Shown here: positions 21,040 to 31,192 of the stretch, one piece after another
How positions within the stretch are numbered: the first letter of the stretch is position 1
Layout: every line of letters starts with the position of its first letter
Source: Sphaeroforma arctica JP610
Lineage: Eukaryota
Direction: 5' to 3'
NCBI RefSeq assembly: GCF_001186125.1
Contig: NW_014039925.1
Coordinates: 16,142 to 54,211, forward strand
DNA length: 38,070 nt
Notes under the pieces: model-generated
Databases searched by the model: none
Told to the model about the DNA's origin: nothing
The model's input: only the letters and a program-made list of their open reading frames with translations
Program-made: the position numbers and the translations under genes

Positions 21040-22790
21040 CAGGGCCAGATGATATCGGTAAGATAAAAAGCAAGTTACACTTGCTAATGAAACCGACATA
21101 TTTCAGCTCGACGGCTAACTCGCTCTATATGTATGCGAGATGAAGTTATTTTCTTCGTTGTACGGTTTTCATCCCTTGTGAATTGTTGGTCTCTATTTAA
21201 GAGGGGCGGTACGTTATATGTACAGTCAGGCGGTAAAAGACTATATATGTGAAATCCTTTATCACCTATAACATATGATTTTCGCCATAATCTTCCAAAC
21301 AGTTTGTCCCGATATAGCTCGGTGATATCGGGGTCGCTGATCTTACCAGGCATAAGGCGAGTAGCGAACACACAATGCGCTGCCCCTGAAATAGCTACCA
21401 ATTACTCCGGGATATTGTGATGCTTGTAGTTGCTACACGAGGCTCTTTGTGTGTCTAAGTTAGACGAGGTTTCCAAGAAGTACTCTGTACAATCTATGAC
21501 GAGTGCTGTATTTGGGTAATCTACCTCAAAATACGGTAACAGCCAGCGGTTGTTGATTCTTCGTCTAATAGCAAAAATCATGTGCTGGATGTCTGAAATA
21601 GGCATACATCACAAAATTTACCATTATTAAGTATGTTTGATACTGTTTGAGTACAGGACAGCCCAAATAAATGCATTACTACACCCTGCTCTAAGTTATG
21701 ACGAACACGGGCGAACCACATCACAATTGCATTCTCAAAAGTCCCAGATCTTCTCCCCGGTTCATACTTGGCTCCGAAGCTCTTCATCTGTGTCATAAAC
21801 GCTCCAAATTTGCCTACTGATTGGAATCCGGTACAATATCTAGTCACCTCCCTCGTGCCTAGGATATAACCGTAAGAAAATATGTACACTCTCGTTTCTT
21901 TCATCATCGTAGCCATTTTGCTCATTTGGAATTGCATATGTTCAAGCTTGCCTGGTTGTGTATCTACCTCGTCTCGTAGTGTCACTCCTAGTTTTGTTGC
22001 TGTCTTGATTGTTTGTTCCGCTTTTACACCATCAGCAACCATTTTTAGTATAGATTGGCTTGTTTCATCTAACTTCTTGATAGCATTATGAAGCGCTATA
22101 GCTTGAGCTTCTAATCTGTGTTTCACCTCACTTATCGTCGTCTGGGGTGTATACATCTTTTTAGTATTGGCTGCTGTTGCAACAGGAACATTAATTCGTG
22201 TACAAATACGAAGTAGTGGTGTGTGCATCTTGTATCTGATCTCTAGTCATCTGTTCCCGAGTCCGTAAATTCTCTTGTTGTCTTTTTGCCGGTGTAGTGA
22301 TCACTGTGGCATAATTTGTTGGTTGTTGAGGTGAGCTTACACCAAGTTGAAATGCAGTAGTGTGATTGTCGCTTGGCGGTGTACTGAGGCGGGATGCAAG
22401 GTCCACGATTTCTAATGTAGGGTTTTAATTAGATCATGGAGCGTCGCGATCGATTTAAGCATATTTGCCCAGTCCTTGGATGAAATATAGTATGTACCAG
22501 GCACATTGGTAGGAGTTGGTGCATTTTGCACCGACATTTCACCGGGAAAACTGGGAGCCCCAGCAAATAAAATTTGGGAGGATGGGGGAGCTTTTGGATT
22601 TTTTTTAATCCTTTTTTTCATCTTCTTTTTCTTGTCCGAGACTTAGACTTTCAGATCAAAGGGGGTCTGAAGATTTATATTTCCGTCTTTAATTCTACAC
22701 TGGTGACCTCGGGGAAACTAAAAAGACGAAAAGGTTTTGTATTTTTCTCTTTCTCTCTTTACATGATTTCTATGGCCGAGAACTGTTCTT
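21040..22790 (-). mobile_element. Degenerate PIF/Harbinger-superfamily (ISL2EU-like) DDE transposase with HTH_Tnp_4 + DDE_Tnp_4 domains
   Basis: YCTGFQS..ENAIVMWFARVRHNL..HLFGLS.TQTVSNIL (HTH); YPNTALVIDCTE..SNYKHHN..GKISD..IGDKGF..RIHIERV (D-D-E triad). Broken by frameshifts and stops. The 5' limit is approximate. Confidence 0.88.
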
Positions 22791-25477
22791 ATTTGGTAAA
22801 TTAGACAATCCAAACAAACCCAAATCTGAAAAAGAATGGACTGAGCATCAGCTTAGACTGAAAATTCATGTTTATCCTGCTTTAAAGAAGGTACGAGTAT
22901 CTTCATAAACTCAAAAAAAGATGGGATGAGAAACACAATATCGCCCATTTGAAGAAAGGTGATTATGTAATCCTTTTATCAAGAGGATCTCATTAAACAA
23001 AACTCTCTGCATGATATGTTGAACCATATCGTATATCAAAAGCTCATAAAAATGGTTATGAACTAAATTGAACAAATTGAAGAATTGAGGTATATGTTGG
23101 TTTGGAAGTTTCTTACATACAAAAATATAGAGAATATATATATATATGCTGGTTGCTGGTTTCATCTCTAAATAGTATATAGAGACTCTCATAAAACATT
23201 GGTGGTTGTATCATAGCCCTCTAGAAGGTCTCCGCAAAATTATCGATGTCGCAGAGATAACCTTTTTTTCCGCTCGAGACCTTAAATCTAGAGGGTGGGA
23301 TGGGGTCATGGGGAGGGGTATAGCTATTGCTGTAGCTCATGTATTTATTATGCCATAGTTGTTTTTGAATTTGGAGGTGAGCATTTTGGTATTCACGAGA
23401 CCGGGTTTTATTTTATTTTAGAAATAATCAAATTGCAGAACAAGCGCCAAAATTGTACTGCCGCTGCGATCGCCCATAATGGCGGCATGCCAGCATGGCC
23501 CTCTCTCTGAGCCCCTGGGGTCGCTGGATTGTCGATTTGCGTCTCTGACTCTCTGCAAGTCCGCGACCGCGTGGAAAAGGCCGAACAAAGGCTGCATCTT
23601 CTAAGTTCCTGGAGACTTTATCCAGTCTCCAGAGGTCCATGGATCGCCGATCATAACACTGATAAGTGATAACAGAATCAGATTCCACATATTTTGGCTT
23701 TTGCAGCTTTGAGACCGAATCTATTGGTGGTCGTCAAACAATGTTTATTCGGCTTATAGTATTGGTACATAAAATACACAAGCAAGGGTTTCTTTCTAAA
23801 ATTCTGAATCCGAATTTTGATTAAAAAAATTTGATGATGAATATTTTGATGATGTCAGCCCTGTCTTGTCCAATGGAAAAATGTAAGTTTATCTTTTGAG
23901 GATGTATCATGTTTGGATGACATATATATGTCTTATTAAAATATAAAATGGCGGCAAATGCAAATTGCATTTGCCTAAAAACTTTGACAGAATTGAAAAG
24001 AATATACCTCAAGATTTATAAAACTCAATAGAAGTTTAAAAAACCTGATAAACCCCAGAATTAATTATTCGCGTTGTGCTTGCACAACTGTGAGGGAGGG
24101 GGGTTGCTGGCTTCTGGGAGATATAAAGATATAAAACCTCATATATTCAGGGCACAATAGTTTTCAAATATATGTACAATTCGGTCATATAGGACCGTCT
24201 TGCACCTTAAGAGCACTTGCTGCTAAGACAACACCATGGGGCGTTGTATTTTCTTATAGTCGACCGGGGCTATCAGAAGACCTCCAGACCGACTCTCGCT
24301 ATGATTTGCTTGAAGTCCTAGTGAGGGCTTTTCTCCGAAATAAAACATTTCGTTTTCCCTCACTAGCAAATGAGATAAATATATTCTAATAACGAAATCA
24401 CGATAGGAGATACTTATCTTCCTCGTGCTAACTGATTACCCACAGTTACACACTAGGTGGCCCGGTTAATTGAATGCCAATCTACACTTTCTTCGCGGCA
24501 TCAAAAGTATCTAGACCGCAACCGGGCTACAACATGAATTTTACGATGATCGGGGTGAATTCATTCCGACAGGTATCGGCACAGCCATACATTCACGTAC
24601 TGACCTTTATGCCAATACTCTTTAATGTGTTCAACAGAATTACAACACAATACCTTAATGTACTAACAATCTTAAGTATATCACTATGATAACAATCATA
24701 AGCATACCACTATGATTGCCTGTAACACACGAGTATATAGGGTCCTTGGCCAAATATGCAGCGCAATCAGAGGGCAACAAACAACAGGGAGTCAATATTC
24801 ACACCGGTTCCGGTGACTACAATAATAGGTTACGAGTTCTACACGTTTCAGGTAACCCAGCTGGCGATCAGATATCGCCATGATCATCAACAGATGCTAG
24901 CTCGGCTCGAGGCCAACATCGAGCGATTGTATCAATCACAGGATCAGGACCAACACAACAGAGCCACCACGAACTGATTTCACAACGGAGGATCGCACAA
25001 CATGCACTAGGGGATGCACGGCACGATAGGACAACGAATACATAAGTGCAGAACATACACCAACAATACGGATAATATTATTTATTTTCAAAATGGCCAG
25101 TAGGTATGATACACCAACAATAGGCGAACATACAAAAAGCACATGCCACAGTATAGTACAGAGTGAGTACACAAATAGACTACAAAGCAATAACAATAAA
25201 GAAAGAAGACTACTATTGTTTTGGTTTCGAGTTTTGGTCTATGAGTTTTGCTTTTGTCTAATAGTATTGTCTTCTGGTCGGCCCAATCTCGTGATTTCAT
25301 TGGCTGTAAACAGTAACTATATTTAGTAAAATGGTTGGTTTTGTTTGATTTCAAATTGAACTCGTGTAAGCACCTCGTGTATTGGCTTGGAACTTGTGGC
25401 AAAACTGTCGCAACTCGTAACTCAACTCGACGGTTTTTTTCGGGGTTGATTTTGCAACTCATTTTGAACCACGAGCT

Positions 25478-26035
25478 CCCCTAAAAAAAGACTCGTTGAG
25501 CAACTCGTTTACTCGGTATTGAAACCCATTCCTAAAAAGGTAAAACTCGTTGCTGAAACTTGTTCAATTGCCAAACTCGATCATAACTTTTCAAACAATT
25601 TGATATCTGTACAATTTTTTTTGTCGGCTTGGCCACCCTTAATTGAAAGAAGAAAAAAACTGTCGTACCTGGCAATACAATATACACAGAGGAAAAACCC
25701 TATTTGTGTATGCCCTACATGGGAAAGTCACTAGACGTACATGCACTTCCGCGTTCCAAAACTGGTCGTAAAACCAAACCCTCTAAAAAAAAACTCATTG
25801 AGTAACTCGTTTACTCAGTTTTATAACTCGTTCCAGGCCATTAACATCGTTGTTATAAACACATCCAATTTTCAGACTCGAGCAAATCATTTCAAACAAT
25901 TCGATAGCTGTACATTTCTTTTGTCGAGAATAGCTTGATTCACCCCTAGCTAAAATAAAGTCCGTCGAGCCCGGCACTACAATATTTATAGAGGAAATAC
26001 CCGAAATGTACATGGCCTACACGAGAAAGTCACTA
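25478..26035 (+). repeat. Diverged tandem duplication of about 300-bp period (about 25478-25735 vs 25780-26035), rich in AACTCG
   Basis: Shared blocks TAAAAAAA.ACTC.TTGAG.AACTCGTTTACTC, TTCAAACAATT.GATA.CTGTACA and AGAGGAAA.ACCC..CCTACA.G.GAAAGTCACTA. Confidence 0.8.
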
Positions 26036-26573
26036 TATGGTTCGGTGGTGTCTCATAAACTATATATGTACATACAAATTTACGGGTACGTTTTCTAATT
26101 TCCCGATCAAATTCTCTAAATACGATTTTCAATTCCTTTCTCCTATTTATTGCGATTAAATTTATTAAAAAGTACATTTAAAAAGACTTTTTATGTACAT
26201 TTGGTTAATTTCCAGGGCTGTTTTAGGGTTTAGGCTCTACCATTGGGTGAGAAATAAAACATGTTTTAGGGTTTAGTGANNNNNNNNNNNNNNNNNNNNN
26301 NNNNNNNNNNNNNNNNNNNNNNNNNNNNNNNNNNNNNNNNNNNNNNNNNNNNNNNNNNNNNNNNNNNNNNNNNNNNNNNNNNNNNNNNNNNNNNNNNNNN
26401 NNNNNNNNNNNNNNNNNNNNNNNNNNNNNNNNNNNNNNNNNNNNNNNNNNNNNNNNNNNNNNNNNNNNNNNNNNNNNNNNNNNNNNNNNNNNNNNNNNNN
26501 NNNNNNNNNNNNNNNNNNNNNNNNNNNNNNNNNNNNNNNNNNNNNNNNNNNNNNNNNNNNNNNNNNNNNNNNN

Positions 26574-27477
26574 AGAGCTAAGTCATCAAGTTGCTCAAAT
26601 TACTCTCGGGGTTTTGGTAATATGGACTGAGTTGGTCTGAGATATTTGAACATGATACCAAGGAGGGCGATGTTGTCATCCGCAATTCTGATTCAGAGCG
26701 AAGTTGGGGGCTGTCCGATACCACACCACACAACTGATATATTTGGGATATCCTTGCTAGCCATAACCGGAAGTATCATAGGTGGTACCAGAAGTCTCGA
26801 AGATTTGGTATCAATCTATCGACTAGTACTGGATAGGGACAATTTGGCGCCTGTTGTTTATGGAGAAGGAAGCTCCCGAGATGTTCGTAGAGAGTCCATA
26901 TGCCGTGGTAATCATGCCAATCCTGTAGTTGTTGTAGTAAGCCCGGTCCAATTGGGGGTAGATTAGGGCCCACCAGAATACGCCTTATCGGAGAACTGAT
27001 ACAGGCAAAGAGGCTGGACGTAAAAGACTTATCTTCAGGGCACACAGGACAGAGGCATCCATCAGTACGATAGTCACGCAATTTGAACAGGAACGTGTTG
27101 GTTGTTACCATGGCACAAAGGCAGATTTGGGTGTGTTCGCGGCAATGGGTAAAACTATCATGGGATAGCTTGTCCCGGTCCATGGTGGGAGGTTCTCCAC
27201 TTATAAGCCGCTAGTAGTATAGGCGGCGAACCTTGCCTGCTATCTCCTGGGTTGTGAGACATTGTATGGTATTATGTCGGATCTGCTCGCGGAGCTGACG
27301 GAGTTCTTTGTGTTGAGGTGTGCACCCGCCCTTTGATTCTAGATAAGCGTATATACTGAACGCGAATTTGTCTCAAGGTCTGTTACGTGTCCAAGCGGGT
27401 CTCGTAAGTGGGGCGAGTGGGTGTGTACTGTTGATTGAGTCAAGATGTAGTCCCAGGCAGCCTTCAAGGTACTCCAC
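26574..27477 (-). mobile_element. 5'-truncated non-LTR retrotransposon (LINE) fragment, C-terminal zinc-knuckle region; same family as 28690-31192
   Basis: EYLEGCLGLHLDS..HPLAPLTRPAW and RDYRTDGCLCPVCP..GPNLPPIGP..HGIWTL align with the second copy. In-frame stops are present. Confidence 0.85.
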
Positions 27478-28547
27478 TAATTGGCGTGCTGGAAGTAAAC
27501 CGAAAAAGCGAAGAAGATGTAAGGGTAGAGAGTAAGCTGGCTAACGTTTAGCTTGCTGAGAATAAAGGGAAAGCCATGACAACTATTCATGATCTCGTTA
27601 AAGTAATGTGCGGCATGTGTTTGACTAATACATATATACCATGTGCTGTGTAGTGTTATATACATTCTTTGTACTGTAGATCCATGATGCAGAACAAATA
27701 CAAAATTCCAGAGCTTGATGTGGCGAAAGCATGTATGTAAGGACGTAGTGTCCTTTCTCAATCAAGATGTTGCAAATTCTTATAGCATTATGCATCGATG
27801 AGGATATTGAATATCATCGCTTTGCAACTTCAAGAGTATATAGTATATATTGGCGTACGGCTCTGATTACATCGTGATATGCTGTGATAAGTTAATTGTG
27901 GATACTAATGAAATTTTGGTATCGCAAACTTATTCTATAGAAGAAAGGTAAGAATGCAGATGCAGCAAAACTTTCGACAATGCGGACACAAGTTTTAAGA
28001 TCTGTTACAAAGTGCGAGTCTGACTATGCAGTTTTGATGGCAAACATCTTTATTCACCGTGGAGTCAGCTTATATGTATAAACGGAGTGCTCCGGGGTGT
28101 ATAATTAATATTCAGATTATTAAATGTTACAAAGTTTCTTTTATTCCAGAATATAGTGGTGTGATATCAGGTTGATGAAGTGTATACTATTCTAACTCAA
28201 GCACGCCAGTACAAGATTCATATAGCGGATAGCATAACTGACGAGTGCTTATTATTTGATCACTACACATTAGATGTAAGGGTTATACCAGATATTGGTT
28301 AGGGGTGTTTGATAGTAGATATCTCCCCTGTGATTATGTGTGGTATAGGCGGGTAGGGGTAAATTCAATTGGTTGGTCTACCACAAGTATGGAGAGTGAT
28401 ATACAGGCCTTCAACCTCTTGCGTAGAGTTGTCTCTTCTACAGAGTTCCATTCTAAAGCATTCATTGTTCTAATCCTCATACTGCCAGGGCTGCGCTAAG
28501 GCGAATTCCTACCCATGGGGCCCTACTGCACTCTTAGCAGCCTGCTT

Positions 28548-28673
28548 GAGTATAGGGATAATATAATTTATTTCAAAAATGACAAGTATGTATGATACAA
28601 TGTATGAACACGAGTATAGGGATAATATTGTTTATTTCAAAATGGCAAGTATGTATGATACAATGTTTGAACA
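28548..28673. repeat. About 64-bp tandem duplication at the LINE 3' end
   Basis: GAGTATAGGGATAATAT..TTTATTTCAAAA..CAAGTATGTATGATACAATGT.TGAACA occurs twice. Confidence 0.85.
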
Positions 28674-28689
28674 TATGATATGGCTCTCA

Positions 28690-31192
28690 TAGTCGCTGTA
28701 GTGGTTCAGGAAAGATTGATGGGAAGAAGTGGTCAGTAAATTCCCGTTTGAAGCTTGGGCCAAGTGAGTCGACAATGGAAGATATGTGCTGAGTCAATTC
28801 GGGCCGGTGTTGACAAAACACTATTACAATCGAATGTTCCATATATTCGCTTGCTGACCTACTAAGTAGAGTACCCACCTCTGTGGTACGGATCGGGTCT
28901 GTGCCGTGTAGTGCCGCAGAATGGGTTAGTGCAGAGTACGAAATACCGAGAAGGACCAGGTTATCCGTCATAATCCGGTCGAGAAGCGAGAATGGGGGTA
29001 AGCCAAACCATGGATGAATTCGGTATGTGTTGGCTGGCCTGGATCGGAAGTATCATAGTCGGAACCAACAAGCGCGATGATTTGGGTTGAACCGATATTT
29101 GGAAGTAGTACTTCAACAGCGTGATTAGCCGGGGTATAGGGAACATCTGTTGATGTGTCAGGGACGGGTGAGGGTACAGTGGTTCTTCAACATGCTGGAG
29201 AAAAGATCCAAGGTGTTCGTGGAGGGTCCAGATACCGTGGAAGTCGTGGCACTCTTGTAATTGCTGAAGGAGATCAGGGCCAATGGGCGGCAGTTTCGGG
29301 CCTACCAGGATGCGTCGAATCAGTTGTTGGATGCAGGTAAAGTGGCTGGTAGTGAACTTGTGGGTACCGGGGCAGACAGGCCAGAGACAGCCATCGGTGC
29401 GGTAGTCGAGCAATGTGAACATGTACGTATTCGTTACAATCATAGCACAGAGCCGGATTGGTGTAGACTCGAAGCAGCGATTGAAGCTGTCGTGTCTGGC
29501 TGTGTCTCGGTTTGAGGTTGACGGTTTACCCATAACCAGTTGGTGGTAGTATTGGCGCCGGGCCATTGCCGCGATCTCCTTGTTGGACCAACGTTTTGTT
29601 GAGTTCTTCCTGATGTCGTCACAGCGTTGGCGGAGGGCTACATGGTCGGGTGTACGTCCGCCCGTGGGTTTGTGTACAGTTTTCAGGTGAGCATAGATAC
29701 TGTACGGGAAGCGCAGTTATGGTTTATCGTGGGCCCAGGCGGGTTGCGTCAGAGGGGTAAGTGGATTTGTGCTGGCCATTGAGTCGAGTTGTATTCCCAG
29801 GCAACCTCCGAGGTAGTCCGCGAATGGTCGCGCGGGGAGCAGGCCGCAAAAGTGAAGTAAGTTTGTTTGATGTTTGGGAAACCGAGGGTATTTAGTGCCC
29901 GTGATGATGGCTGCTGCTTGGATGAGTGCTGAGTTAAAGCGCTCGAATAGGGGATCCAACGCATCCTTCCATATAGGCGGAGCCCAGACAATAATGTCCA
30001 GCCCATATGTAGCTGTGGATAGGATGAATGTTTTGAACATCACCAGTCGGTTGCGGAGGTGTCGCCAGCTGAAGCCATGTAATCCATAAGCGCGGAAAGA
30101 GGCGATACCCAGTGACAATGCTGCAACCAGAGATTCCATATGTCTAGCGAGGTTGATTCCTGGTACTCCGTGAGAGAGTGGGAATCCCAGGTATTTGGAG
30201 TGTTTCGGTTCGGCATGTGTGGGCGCCAGTTTCAATGGGAGGAAACGTGTGTTCCAAGGTGCGTCTGCAAGCGTCGGCGTGATAAGCTCACCATTTATAC
30301 AGAGGGTTGGCGCCGCCTGTCACAAGTCGGTAGATCGTACTCGGGGTTTAACGACACCCTATTCGAGGCCAGATTTGCGTCCCCACGCATCAATGTCATC
30401 TAAGAAGGGCTGGAGCGAAACCGATCGAGGGGCTTGGAGCCGTGTGTCATCGACAAATAAATAAGAGCGGAGGAGCTTGGGCCGAAATTGTGCTAGCGTG
30501 ACAGCTAAGGAATCCATGTAGATAATAATGAGCTGGGGGCCAACGATTGAGCCTTGTAGGATGCCATTCGTTCTATGGAATAGAGACGAGAGCGTAAAGC
30601 GGTATGTCACTCGGGTAGGGACTCTCCCAAACAGCGCGCGGAGGCAGTTGATCCAGTTTTCAGGCATTCCAGCGTGACGCAGAAGTACCCATAGGGATAA
30701 TATTATTTATAGGGAGAGCGAACTTGTCGTATGCCTTGGTTATCCTCTTCTGACTGTGTCTCAGATTCCATGGCGGCAAGTGCTTGGGTATGACAGGAGT
30801 ACCGTGATTTGAAGCCAGCTTGGGTGGCATGGGTAGCGGAGCCGGGGTGGCTCGTAATCAGATTAAGAAAGCACTTTTCAAAGATGCGTCTAACTATTTG
30901 CGTAAGCGTGATGAGGCGGAAGTCGGCGGGGGAGGTGATATATGCATCGGCTTTCTTTGGGTGCGCTGTCAGGAGGCTGCAGTTCAGGGCTGCGGGGAAA
31001 GTACCCGCCTTCAGTAGCTCAGTGAATGCTTCGGTAAGGAGTCTAATCAGTGGGCTATTGGCGTCGGGGCGTCCTAATGTTCAGGAGGCTGCAGTTCAGG
31101 GCTGCGGGGAAGGTACCCGCCTTCAGTAGCTCAGTGAATGCTTCGGCAAGGAGTCTAATCAGTGGGCTATTGGCGTCGGGGCGTCCTAATGT
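28690..31192 (-). mobile_element. Degenerate 5'-truncated LINE: reverse transcriptase plus C-terminal zinc knuckle
   Basis: FRLITL..RRIFEK..QAGF, KAYDK, GILQGSIVGPQL..YMDSL, YLFVDD, KYLGFP, then a PVC..H.TC knuckle. Contains stops and frameshifts. Confidence 0.92.

Noticed and set aside
21593..21621. 29-nt GT-AG mini-intron that would rejoin the transposase frames
   Set aside because: Very short, and the third frame encodes the expected (W)VNFVMY segment, so frameshift decay is more likely.
18860..24140. Terminal inverted repeats/TSD for the Harbinger-like element
   Set aside because: No convincing pair found by eye; the left end seems replaced by the copia fragment.
24756..24977. Small Gln-rich ORF with ATG
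   Set aside because: No recognisable motif or splice context; unsupported.
26276..26581. 101-aa ORF
   Set aside because: Assembly gap (N run).
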